32,446 nt of DNA from a virus. Taxonomy: Duplodnaviria; Caudoviricetes. Made by a program: the position numbers and the translations under genes. The stretch spans positions 1 through 32,446 of IMG/VR virus record IMGVR_UViG_3300024520_000036. One strand, given 5' to 3'. This document shows, piece by piece, positions 17,534 through 26,367 of this stretch. Every line of letters begins with the position of its first letter. Position 1 is the stretch's first letter. The notes beneath the pieces are model-generated. The model searched no databases and was not told the DNA's origin. It saw only the letters and a list, made by a program, of their open reading frames with translations.

Positions 17534-18025
17534 ATGAAAAATTTAATACTCATTTTCGTTTTAACAATAACAGCTTTCTCTGTTGATACATCCGGTGAAG
17601 TTAAGAAAGTAGATGTAATTAATATAGTAGATGGGCAAAACTATGGAGCTGTTTTTGGGGAAGATCCGAAAAATCCAATCGAAAAAATGCAACCCTGGAT
17701 TGACAAGCAGAAAGCAAAAACTCTTGAATGTAATGGTTGGGGTTGTTCGGCAAGAGACGTTCCTAAATTCCCCGCACGGTATAGCCCTGTCTTAGTGATA
17801 GCAGAATATGACAAAGATGGCGTACCGTGGGTTAAGCTTAAAGCAGATTATGAAATATCTATAACCGATATTACTTTGCAACATGAAGCAAAAAAAGCGG
17901 CGAAGCAAGCAAGGAAGTTAGAAATAAGACAGATTAGACAGGCCATTAATTTAATAGATGCCTCGAATAAACCGGCATGGGAAAAGAAAATCCTTAAAAG
18001 ACTTGTTTTAGAGCTAAAGGAATAA
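17534..18025 (+). CDS. fibre-associated protein with signal peptide
   Basis: MKNLILIFVLTITAFS signal; directly follows the fibre gene. Confidence 0.5.
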   Translation: MKNLILIFVLTITAFSVDTSGEVKKVDVINIVDGQNYGAVFGEDPKNPIEKMQPWIDKQKAKTLECNGWGCSARDVPKFPARYSPVLVIAEYDKDGVPWVKLKADYEISITDITLQHEAKKAAKQARKLEIRQIRQAINLIDASNKPAWEKKILKRLVLELKE

Positions 18026-18027
18026 TT

Positions 18028-18972
18028 ATGGGCTTAAGAGGTAGAGGTTTTGGAAGTTTAGGAAATCTTGTAAGTGGCGGCTTAGGCAGCGGCTTACTAG
18101 GTACCGTAATTGGTGGCCCTGTAGGCGGTGGCGTAGGGGCTCTCCTTGGGGGCGGCGGCATAGAGGGTGCTATAGAAGGTGGTCTACTAGGTGGCATAGT
18201 CGGTGGCCCTGCAGGGGGTGGCATCGGTGGTCTTTTGGGTAGCGGCGGTGAAATAGGTGGCTTAATCGGAAACTTAGGCGACCTTGTAGGGGGGATTACG
18301 GAAGGAATCAAAGGCGATAAAGAAAAAATTGATCAAATACCACTTGCACCCGAGTTACAAAAAGTTGTTGAAAGAGGTCGTCAAATACAACTTGATGAAT
18401 TAAATAAAGTAGCAGGATTATCTACTACGGATTTATCTGATTTAAATAGACGGGCCCTTGAGGGGCAAAAACTTCGGCAAGAATTAGGGCAAGTACCCAG
18501 GCTAACTCAATTAAGAAGCCAAGAATTGGGGGCGACTGCAGGCATTAGCGATGCAAGAAGAAGATTAAGAGAAAGAATAGCTCAAAAAGGGCTTGGCAGT
18601 TCGTCTATTGGTTTAGCTGCAGAGAGAAGCCTTGGAAGAAGACAAGGAAGATTGTTTGAAGGTATCAAGGCCCAAAGAGAGGGCCTTGCAAGAGAAAGAG
18701 ATATAGGATCAAGGGCCATTGATCTTTCGAGTCCGGCAAATCTAAGAAGAATGAGATTGGAAAATATTCAAAGAACAGCGGGAATTACCGGCGGGATATT
18801 AGGTCAGCCAGGAGCAAGGCCAGGGCAAGTTGTCTCGGGTGGTCAACCTGGACTATTAAGCACTTTAGCGCCATTGGCTGGTGCAGGCATTGGTGGTCTC
18901 TTGTCACAAAGTCCTGCAGGGGCACAAGTAGGCCTAGGTGTTGGTCAAGCGGCAAGCCCTCTTTTAAGATAA
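18028..18972 (+). CDS. Gly-rich DNA ejection/pilot protein (putative)
   Basis: Glycine-zipper termini, central helical region with GLGSSSIG; position after tail genes. Confidence 0.55.
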   Translation: MGLRGRGFGSLGNLVSGGLGSGLLGTVIGGPVGGGVGALLGGGGIEGAIEGGLLGGIVGGPAGGGIGGLLGSGGEIGGLIGNLGDLVGGITEGIKGDKEKIDQIPLAPELQKVVERGRQIQLDELNKVAGLSTTDLSDLNRRALEGQKLRQELGQVPRLTQLRSQELGATAGISDARRRLRERIAQKGLGSSSIGLAAERSLGRRQGRLFEGIKAQREGLARERDIGSRAIDLSSPANLRRMRLENIQRTAGITGGILGQPGARPGQVVSGGQPGLLSTLAPLAGAGIGGLLSQSPAGAQVGLGVGQAASPLLR

Positions 18973-18986
18973 GCTAGGAGCTTTTT

Positions 18987-20036
18987 ATGGCAGTAATTGA
19001 TTTAAGAGATAGAGGTAGACGGGAACGAGCAATAAATCAGGGGGTGCAAAATATTATTGGTGGCCTCTCATTAATGGAAAATCAAAAGGCAAGAGAAAGG
19101 GCATTGTTGCGTCAGCAAGGGCTAGATGCGAATTTATTTGAACGTCAAAAAAAACAAGATGAAAGGCAGGCAAGGCTCGATGAAAGAGCAAGAGCAGAAG
19201 AGGAAAGAAGAGCAAAAAGGGAGGTTGCCAAACAAGCAAGAGAAGAGAGGAAAGAAAAAAGAGAAGAAGCAAAACAAGAAAGAACATTTGGTTTAAAAGA
19301 GAGAGAATTAGACATTAAGAAGACAAACAGACTTGCAAAGGAAGAAAAAGATATTTTAGATAGAGACTTAAAGCGGTCACAGCTAACATTAACTAAAGGG
19401 AAAATCGAAGATAGAGAATCTGGAAAGAAACCATCGGGGAGACTTAGAAAACTTTCAGCAGAAGCCCGAGGGAAGGTAGGATCAATTGCTTCCGGTTTCG
19501 ATGCCCTAACCCAGATGAAAAATGCTTTGGCCGGTGGTTCGGGGCCACGTAGAATAGACCCAAGTACAAATTTTATTGGGGATTTTGTAGGTGATACCGA
19601 ATTTACAAAAGCACAAAGAGTTTTGTCGGAAGTTGTGGGTAGATTGCAATCGGGTGGGGCCATTCAAGCAGAAGAACTGCGAACTTTTAGGGCAATGGGT
19701 CCTCGACCGGCGGATAGTGTAGAAATTGCTCAAAAGAAGCTAAATGACCAAATGTCCTTTTTAGAAAACAAGGCCATTGCCTTTGGCTTTAGTAAAAAGG
19801 AACTTGGGGAAGTTGGCTTTAACATAGGCGAATTATCCCCCCAGGCCCTAGCACTTGAACAAAAGGTTTTGAGCGGAGGTAATCAGCGCTCTTTAGCCCC
19901 AGAAGTAATCCAACAAAATAGAATCAAGCCAGCAGCTCAGGCGGCGCTTGAAGAGGCCTTGAAAGATCCAGATGACCCAAGGTCAATAAAGACATTCCAA
20001 CTTTTAGGGGTAGATCCCAACCAATTAAATCAATAA
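18987..20036 (+). CDS. internal virion/ejection protein (putative)
   Basis: Charged coiled coil, RLQSGGAI..EE motif; second of three ejection-position genes. Confidence 0.5.
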   Translation: MAVIDLRDRGRRERAINQGVQNIIGGLSLMENQKARERALLRQQGLDANLFERQKKQDERQARLDERARAEEERRAKREVAKQAREERKEKREEAKQERTFGLKERELDIKKTNRLAKEEKDILDRDLKRSQLTLTKGKIEDRESGKKPSGRLRKLSAEARGKVGSIASGFDALTQMKNALAGGSGPRRIDPSTNFIGDFVGDTEFTKAQRVLSEVVGRLQSGGAIQAEELRTFRAMGPRPADSVEIAQKKLNDQMSFLENKAIAFGFSKKELGEVGFNIGELSPQALALEQKVLSGGNQRSLAPEVIQQNRIKPAAQAALEEALKDPDDPRSIKTFQLLGVDPNQLNQ

Positions 20037-20047
20037 GTAGGTGAAGC

Positions 20048-22414
20048 ATGGCCGATGCAAGAGATATATTTTTAAATCAAGTAGGGCAAGGCAGTGACTT
20101 AGGGCCGTTGACAATACCTATCCTAGAAAAAAAACCAGAAATATCTATCCCGTCCGAATTGACATCGGGTGGAACAATCGGTGGCGGTCTCACAGCAGCA
20201 GATATAGAAGAGTCAGCGTTGCCAGCGCCTACGGGTAGACAGCCAGCTGAACAAGGCCAAGATGCTAGAGATGCCTTCCTTATACAGGCTGGGGTAGACC
20301 CAAGAGAGAGCTTTTTAGAATCAACAAAGCAGGGCGTAGCTCAGGTCGGTGAAGGGGCCGGAGATACATTAATAAAGGTGTTGTCAGCAGCAGGGGATTT
20401 TATAGAAAGGTTTTCGGCGGCACCGTCAAGAAGTGCCACAAGGGCCGGACTAAGAGCAGAAACGCCTTTCCAGGCGGCCTTTGATATTCCGAAGGCATTT
20501 GGGGGGCAATTCCTACAAGATCCGGCGTTAGCTCCTACAGGAAAACAAATAGCATCGGAAGATTTAGGATTTTCAACAGAGCAAACAGAAATACCAATAA
20601 GAGAAACGGTTGAAAGTATCGCAGGGCCCTTGGGAATAGATAAAGAAACAACAAAAGGTATCCCAAGCTTTTCAGCTAGTCCTGCTGGTGCCGTTGGGCT
20701 AGGCATAGATGTATTTGATGATTTATTTGGTTTTGTTCCTGTAGGCCCAGCTATAAAGGGAGCAGGCAAGCTAGCGAAAGGAGTCGCAACATTTGGTTTA
20801 AAGAAGAGCGCTCGTGTAGCGGATTTATTAGCAGGAACAGACAAAATCACAGAAACAGGAAAGGTAGTCGGTAGATCCATAGATGATGTTACGGAAAGTT
20901 TTGTACGGTTATTTGACACAGAAGTTGCAGGCGATTTTGAAGAATTAAAAAATATAGCAAGAAAAAACAATATTGATGAGGACCTGTTGGTTGAAGCAGC
21001 CCCTAGTGTAGAGTTTAAGAAAGATAGCTTTGTCGATGTCGCAAGCAGACAAAGGCGAGAGCTTGGGGGGAAAGACAGAGCACAATTTGACGAGGTGGTA
21101 GAGCAAATAACGGAAGCTATAGACAGCAAAATAAAAAAAATTGGCCAAACAGACGAGGTGATGGATGCCGAAGAGGCCGGGGGGTTTTTAAAAGAGGCCT
21201 ATGACAGAGGAGTGAAAGAATTTTTCGATTCTATAGGTGCAACCCACAATAAAATTATAAAACAAAACCCAGGGCTACAATTAACGGATAATGGGGTAGA
21301 TAATTTAGAAGAGACACTGGGGAAAATACAAAAATTAGCAGAAGAAGATGTAGCGCTAGGGGCTGATAGAGCAACAAGGAGTCAAGGGAAGGGGATTTTA
21401 CAGAATATAGAAATGATAAGCAAGACCGTTGAAAATAGGTCATACAAAGACTCCGTTAAGGTTTTGAGGCAAATAGGGAAAACAGCATATAAATCAACCA
21501 ATAAATTTGATCCATTAGCTCCTGATGTTGAAAAGATGCGTGATCTATATCAAGCTTTTAACAAGTCATTAATAGATGCGGCGGAGAATGGCGGAGCAGT
21601 ATTAAGACGAGATACAAAGCTAGGCGAGGCCATCCCACTGATAGACACTGGAGCGGCAAAGGATCTGCTAAAGACGAGCAAATTAAGGGAGGAAGTCATA
21701 ACCGGCGGGGATCTAGCAAATGATTTAATTTTAAGCAACACAAGGATGACAGAACTCTTTGGTGATAAGTCGGTTTTGAAGAAAATAGGGGACAAAAACG
21801 CAGCAAATGAAGATATCTTTAGGAATTTGGTTACTAAGGGGAATTCGAAAAAAGCAGGAGCGCTTCGAAGTGTTCTTACGGAGAGTGATTTCAATAAAAT
21901 AAAAGCTGCATATTTGCAAGATGTTATAAAGAAGGGCATAAAAGAAGATGTTAAGTTCCAGACAGTAATAAAAGACATGAGGAAAAATAAGCATGTAATA
22001 TCGGAATTATTAACTCCGACTGAAAGGGATGAATACCTAGAATTGTTAAAGTTAGGGGATAGAGTTGGCATCCCTGTTTTGTCAACTTCCGGAACTGGCC
22101 CTTCACGAGAATTATCAAAACTTAGAACACTAATAGTCAATGTAACCTCAAATGACGTTTTGGTTGAAAACTTAAAGAGATTTGCAAGGAATAAAAAACA
22201 AGTCGAGACCATAGGTAGATTAACGGAAAACGCAACCGTGAAAGAGGCCAGAGCAATAATAAAAAGGGCAAAATTGCCTAAAAAGGTTGAACGGGCAGCT
22301 ATTAACAAATTCAGGAAATTAAAGCTACCCTTGAAAAAACCAAAACCTATTATCAAAATCCCTCAAGTCATATCAGTTCAAGAAAGGCAAATAGAATCAG
22401 AAAAAAAGGAATAA
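20048..22414 (+). CDS. large internal virion/ejection protein (putative)
   Basis: 788 aa, helical, Ala/Gly-rich N-terminal half; third ejection-position gene. Confidence 0.5.
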   Translation: MADARDIFLNQVGQGSDLGPLTIPILEKKPEISIPSELTSGGTIGGGLTAADIEESALPAPTGRQPAEQGQDARDAFLIQAGVDPRESFLESTKQGVAQVGEGAGDTLIKVLSAAGDFIERFSAAPSRSATRAGLRAETPFQAAFDIPKAFGGQFLQDPALAPTGKQIASEDLGFSTEQTEIPIRETVESIAGPLGIDKETTKGIPSFSASPAGAVGLGIDVFDDLFGFVPVGPAIKGAGKLAKGVATFGLKKSARVADLLAGTDKITETGKVVGRSIDDVTESFVRLFDTEVAGDFEELKNIARKNNIDEDLLVEAAPSVEFKKDSFVDVASRQRRELGGKDRAQFDEVVEQITEAIDSKIKKIGQTDEVMDAEEAGGFLKEAYDRGVKEFFDSIGATHNKIIKQNPGLQLTDNGVDNLEETLGKIQKLAEEDVALGADRATRSQGKGILQNIEMISKTVENRSYKDSVKVLRQIGKTAYKSTNKFDPLAPDVEKMRDLYQAFNKSLIDAAENGGAVLRRDTKLGEAIPLIDTGAAKDLLKTSKLREEVITGGDLANDLILSNTRMTELFGDKSVLKKIGDKNAANEDIFRNLVTKGNSKKAGALRSVLTESDFNKIKAAYLQDVIKKGIKEDVKFQTVIKDMRKNKHVISELLTPTERDEYLELLKLGDRVGIPVLSTSGTGPSRELSKLRTLIVNVTSNDVLVENLKRFARNKKQVETIGRLTENATVKEARAIIKRAKLPKKVERAAINKFRKLKLPLKKPKPIIKIPQVISVQERQIESEKKE

Positions 22415-22417
22415 ACA

Positions 22418-22777
22418 ATGGCCATATCATTAACAAAACAATTAAGACAAGCGAAGGGTACTAATAATGAGGTCATTCAGGATGCTTATTGTATTGCAAC
22501 CCCATCTGTCAGTTATAAAATCACACCGGGAGCCTCTACCGATCCATTTTCAAGCAAAACTAATAAGTTTGCAGAGAGTAAAATTATTGAGGTTACAACT
22601 ATAACCAAAGCGGCCCATGTATTATTTGGTGATTCTGCTATTGGGGACGCAGATACCAGTGACTATTTAATTCCAGCAAACACAAGTAAATATTTTTTAG
22701 TAGACGACAATAATGCTTATGTTAGAATTATCGAAAACGCAGCTACGGCAATAGTGGTGGTCACTGAGATCTTTTAA
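22418..22777 (+). CDS. small beta-rich virion-associated protein
   Basis: AAHVLFGDS...DYLIPAN pattern similar to ORF 666-986. Confidence 0.45.
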   Translation: MAISLTKQLRQAKGTNNEVIQDAYCIATPSVSYKITPGASTDPFSSKTNKFAESKIIEVTTITKAAHVLFGDSAIGDADTSDYLIPANTSKYFLVDDNNAYVRIIENAATAIVVVTEIF

Positions 22778-22787
22778 AAGGAGAGCA

Positions 22788-23114
22788 ATGGAGTTTCTAA
22801 GGGCATATTTACAAAATGATGGAAATATCAAGAGAGGAGCCGTATCCGATAAATTAACAGGTAAGCTTGTTCCTGATAAGGCAAGGGAAATTTGGTTTAA
22901 TTGTCAGAGTGGAATGATAGGGCAAGTTGATCAAAACGGTACCGCTTTTTATTCATGTAATAATATCCAAGGTGATTCGACCTTTTTAGTCCGGTGCTTT
23001 AAGGATCATTTTGAGAAGAAAACATTTAATGAGTTGATAAACCTTCCTAATGCAGAAAACAAAACCATAGATCCTGTGTTAGGATTTAAGAAAGTAACTA
23101 AAAAGAGGAAATGA
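22788..23114 (+). CDS. hypothetical protein
   Basis: 108 aa, AAGGAG RBS. Confidence 0.55.
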   Translation: MEFLRAYLQNDGNIKRGAVSDKLTGKLVPDKAREIWFNCQSGMIGQVDQNGTAFYSCNNIQGDSTFLVRCFKDHFEKKTFNELINLPNAENKTIDPVLGFKKVTKKRK

Positions 23115-23118
23115 TGGC

Positions 23119-23400
23119 ATGGGAGATAATGATGTTTCTTTAATCGTTGTGATGCTCAAGGATATCAAAGAAACTTTGTTCATTCATGGCACCAAGATAG
23201 ATAATATTAAGGAAATATCAAGCAGTAATTGTAATGATATTGAAAATGTTAAAAACGATGTTTTGGCAATTAATTTTAAGCAGAAATCCTTTATTAGAAA
23301 ACCCAAAGTTGGGGCATTTAGTTTTTGGGTTAAGATCGGGGGGCTAATATCTGCATTTGTGATTGCATTGTATCAGGCCTATATTACAATCGGAAAGTAA
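23119..23400 (+). CDS. small protein with coiled coil and C-terminal TM helix
   Basis: C-terminal WVKIGGLISAFVIALYQAYITI; possibly lysis-related. Confidence 0.5.
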   Translation: MGDNDVSLIVVMLKDIKETLFIHGTKIDNIKEISSSNCNDIENVKNDVLAINFKQKSFIRKPKVGAFSFWVKIGGLISAFVIALYQAYITIGK

Positions 23401-23423
23401 ATTAGTTAACAATAGGGGGCATT

Positions 23424-23603
23424 ATGCCGGAAGAAAAAGAATTCAATTGGAAAAGACTGTGTAGTAAATTATGGAACAAGGGTATTCACGTGGCCTTGAA
23501 GGAAGAAGTATGTCCGATTATACCTACACAATTTGATGAAATGGGGCTAGCGGCCCTTGATAAAGTTGTTGATACTTTTCTGGCAGAGAAAAGCGAGGAA
23601 TAG
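23424..23603 (+). CDS. small hypothetical protein, 59 aa (not in ORF track)
   Basis: MPEEKEFNWKRLCSKLWNKG...; AGGGGG RBS. Confidence 0.55.
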   Translation: MPEEKEFNWKRLCSKLWNKGIHVALKEEVCPIIPTQFDEMGLAALDKVVDTFLAEKSEE

Positions 23604-23610
23604 GAAGAGA

Positions 23611-23883
23611 ATGGCAACGGAACCGATCACTGCTTCATTTGATATGACCAAAGAATTACTTGTGGTAGTAGGGAAAATTCTTGACAAACTTCCTAACTAT
23701 TCTCAGAGAAAAAAAGAAAAGTATTACAAGCTTTGCAAGCAATTTGAAAATGAAATGTCAAGAGATTATGGAAACCGTGATGATAATCTCGTAGGCGTAT
23801 ATAAAATGGAATTAGAGCGTTTTGTTAAAGTATTTTCTAGTGAGATTGAAACAAATCTCAAAGCAGAATGGAGCGAGGAATGA
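23611..23883 (+). CDS. hypothetical protein (start revised to MATEPIT)
   Basis: ATG at 23611 after AGGA, just past the upstream stop. Confidence 0.55.
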   Translation: MATEPITASFDMTKELLVVVGKILDKLPNYSQRKKEKYYKLCKQFENEMSRDYGNRDDNLVGVYKMELERFVKVFSSEIETNLKAEWSEE

Positions 23884-24173
23884 GATTACTTTTTTTGATG
23901 ACATTTTTATTGCTCCCCATATTTGCTAGCTGCTCATCTGCCCCTAAGCTTATTTTACGGTTTGAAGATAGGCCATATAGACCATGTACGGACAAGGAAT
24001 TAAAAAAGTTTAGGCCTAGTCACGACGGTAACATATCATTTTGCTTTAGATATTGTGCAAAATATAAAGTTTGGAGAAAACACATATCTAAAAATTGCAA
24101 AAAGTGGGAAACAGATATTCTAGACAAACAGTCAGATATCAGGAGACTAAGGCCTCGTAATTTCCTATGGTAA
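23880..24173 (+). CDS. lipoprotein, possibly spanin-like
   Basis: MRLLFLMTFLLLPIFASC lipobox; four further Cys; ATGA overlap with the upstream gene. Confidence 0.6.
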   Translation: MRLLFLMTFLLLPIFASCSSAPKLILRFEDRPYRPCTDKELKKFRPSHDGNISFCFRYCAKYKVWRKHISKNCKKWETDILDKQSDIRRLRPRNFLW

Positions 24174-24180
24174 TTAATCT

Positions 24181-24209
24181 TTTACTTTAGAAAATATTGT
24201 TTATACTAT
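24181..24209 (+). promoter_or_regulatory. sigma70-like promoter
   Basis: TTTACT-17 bp-TACTAT. Confidence 0.5.
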
Positions 24210-24243
24210 ATATCAATGATCCTTCAGTGACTTAAAGTGACTC

Positions 24244-24294
24244 AACCAGAGGGTCGGATGCCTCTCCACAAACTCATCTGGCCTTCTGGTTTTC
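24244..24294 (+). ncRNA. long RNA hairpin: candidate sRNA, leader or terminator
   Basis: AACCAGAGGGTCGGATG pairs fully with CATCTGGCCTTCTGGTT (17 bp, 3 G-U pairs); 14-nt loop CCTCTCCACAAACT; short T run follows. Confidence 0.5.
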
Positions 24295-24299
24295 TAATC

Positions 24300-24746
24300 A
24301 TGAAAAAAATATTAGAATTAAAAAACGTAAAACTTGCCTCTCTTAATAAGAAATATGGGGGGAGAAATAAAGTTACGGGTGGGATGTATTTATCTAAAGA
24401 TTACATTGCTACTCAAGAAATGATTTATCTTAGTCTAAAGAAAATAAAGATTACTTCTCCTATAGAGGTGACTATATTTGTTTGTTCTTACAAAGATTCC
24501 GATAATTTGATCCACTCAATAATCAACATGATTGAAAAAAAAGGAATAATAGATAACGATCGAGAAGTTAATTGCCTAACAGTATTTAAGAAACCACTAA
24601 AAAGAGGAGCACTTGATAGCGTGACAGTTTTTATCGCAACCTCACAGATGGATTACGATCTAGAAATGGATTGCTACAATCAAATGAGCGGAAGCAAAAA
24701 TTATGGAAATTCAAAGAAAGAAACCACCATTAATATACCTGATTAA
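24300..24746 (+). CDS. rusA: RusA-like Holliday junction resolvase
   Basis: SLNKKY, KDSDNLI, GIIDNDREV acidic motifs; start revised to MKKIL. Confidence 0.65.
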   Translation: MKKILELKNVKLASLNKKYGGRNKVTGGMYLSKDYIATQEMIYLSLKKIKITSPIEVTIFVCSYKDSDNLIHSIINMIEKKGIIDNDREVNCLTVFKKPLKRGALDSVTVFIATSQMDYDLEMDCYNQMSGSKNYGNSKKETTINIPD

Positions 24747-25044
24747 GATCCACGCAATAGAACTTGCTTTGCAAAAATTTAAAGGTGACAGAAGAAGAGT
24801 TGCCGGTTTTTTGGGAATAACTCTTAGTGGTCTAAGAAATATAATCAATGAAAATGAATTTTTAGCGGAAAAGTATAACACTCATAAAAACAAAGAGAGA
24901 ACATTTGTTACAAAAGATCTAGTAGTTATGGTGAGAATGAATAAAAACATAAAAGATTCTTTGTATTATAGGTATCTTGTCGAGGAAGAAAAAGAATTCG
25001 CAGACAAAATCATTGAGGATTTTAAGAATGGAGTGATTAACTAG
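24703..25044 (+). CDS. Fis-type HTH DNA-binding protein
   Basis: IELALQKFKGDRRRVAGFLGITLSGLRNII matches the Fis/NtrC HTH pattern. Confidence 0.65.
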   Translation: MEIQRKKPPLIYLIKIHAIELALQKFKGDRRRVAGFLGITLSGLRNIINENEFLAEKYNTHKNKERTFVTKDLVVMVRMNKNIKDSLYYRYLVEEEKEFADKIIEDFKNGVIN

Positions 25045-25072
25045 GGACAACGCTTTGAATTATGAGGGATTT

Positions 25073-25651
25073 TTAATTATTTTTTAAGGGTAGTGGATTT
25101 TGTTTAGATACAAATCTTCCAAGAGCGTATGGGACCGTAAACTCTCGAAGAGGGTTGTACCTGCGCTCGTGGCCAAACCCAATACAGTGCGCCCATTCGT
25201 GCAAAAGATTGGCCGCAACGTCATATACGTCATATTTTCTTAATACCCAGGAATAGATCCACTGCCATTTTACGCTAGAATAAGTATATCCAATTACACT
25301 ACGCCTATTTCTCCTATCTACTTTCAAAAAAATATCAATTTCCTTGTCAGGCATAGGGTCAAGAATTTCTGCACCGGTCATGATTTTATTCAATATTTGT
25401 TTTTTCGTTAACTCATTATTCCAACGGAAATCATTGCCCTTTTTTTTATACAAAACTTTTCTAAACCATTTTCTCTTATAGTAGGTTTTCTCCCACGTAT
25501 AATTCAGAATGAAATTTTCGAACTCTTTAGAATTGACAATTTGTCCTAGAATACCTATTGCATTGTTTATTAAACGGAGTTCTTTATCATTCAGATTTGG
25601 AGCTTCAATCCTTATATTTAATTTGCTTCCCTTGAATATTAGTATATTCAC
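25073..25651 (-). CDS. zinc metallopeptidase-like protein
   Basis: HEWAHCIGFGH = HExxHxxGxxH; GGAG RBS on the minus strand. Confidence 0.7.
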   Translation of the reverse strand: MNILIFKGSKLNIRIEAPNLNDKELRLINNAIGILGQIVNSKEFENFILNYTWEKTYYKRKWFRKVLYKKKGNDFRWNNELTKKQILNKIMTGAEILDPMPDKEIDIFLKVDRRNRRSVIGYTYSSVKWQWIYSWVLRKYDVYDVAANLLHEWAHCIGFGHERRYNPLREFTVPYALGRFVSKQNPLPLKNN

Positions 25652-25678
25652 ATTGTCTCCATTTAAAAAAACAATTTC

Positions 25679-25996
25679 TTATTTATCAATTAGTGATCTT
25701 ATTATCTGGTTTAGATTTTCTATATGTGACCCTTTGTCTTTATGTTTTTGTTCTAGTAGCTTCTTACCATCCGATTCTATTTCATTGTTGAAGAAAAACT
25801 CGACCCCTTTGCCCGGTAGTTCCATGGTTGGATTATGTACTTCACATGCCTCTCTCTCTACAAACTCAAGATCTACGCTCTTGGCAACGAATGTTTTTCC
25901 GTCTTTATCGTAGTAGATTCTAACGAAATAACCATGCCTATCAAATGATTTACCAATGACACACTTTAACTCACTCATCTTAATCTCCAGCAACAA
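25679..25996 (-). CDS. hypothetical protein (true start probably MSELKC)
   Basis: 105-aa ORF with GGAG before the internal ATG. Confidence 0.5.
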   Translation of the reverse strand: MLLEIKMSELKCVIGKSFDRHGYFVRIYYDKDGKTFVAKSVDLEFVEREACEVHNPTMELPGKGVEFFFNNEIESDGKKLLEQKHKDKGSHIENLNQIIRSLIDK

Positions 25997-26072
25997 AACA
26001 ATTTTTTTATTTTATTTTTAAAAATTCTATGTAGAATGATCCTATCATATTACGTGATGATTACCGCTTATT

Positions 26073-26110
26073 AAAGCGTCACTTTTTAACTATTGGGTGG
26101 CGCTTTTTTT
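26073..26110 (+). terminator. intrinsic terminator-like hairpin
   Basis: AAAGCGTCAC...GTGGCGCTTT followed by a T run. Confidence 0.5.
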
Positions 26111-26222
26111 CATTAAGGGTGACGTCATGTCTTGGAACGAGCGGTCAATTCTGCCTGATGAAGCATCAAATAATTAATTTCATTTACTTTTCAGAATTTA
26201 TGCTAATTAATTGAATAGAAGA

Positions 26223-26257
26223 AAAAAGGGAATCGCAACTCACACAATTCCCTTTTT
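26223..26257. terminator. bidirectional terminator-like hairpin
   Basis: AAAAAGGGAAT-13 nt-ATTCCCTTTTT. Confidence 0.5.
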
Positions 26258-26367
26258 ATATGTCCAGTATTGAATACAAGTCAATACATGCGAACCCAAC
26301 AAGTCTCGCATTTATCACCCAAATATTCAATCTGTAAACATAAAAATATTAATTTAGTCTATTATTT

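Noticed and set aside
18028-18310. Collagen-like repeat
   Set aside because: The pattern is GGLLG/GxxxG glycine zipper, not Gly-X-Y triplets
17994-18311. Proline-rich minus-strand ORF
   Set aside because: It is the mirror of Gly codons in the + strand gene
19054-22356. Long minus-strand ORFs (172, 262, 268 aa)
   Set aside because: They are antisense shadows of the ejection-protein genes, with no recognisable motifs
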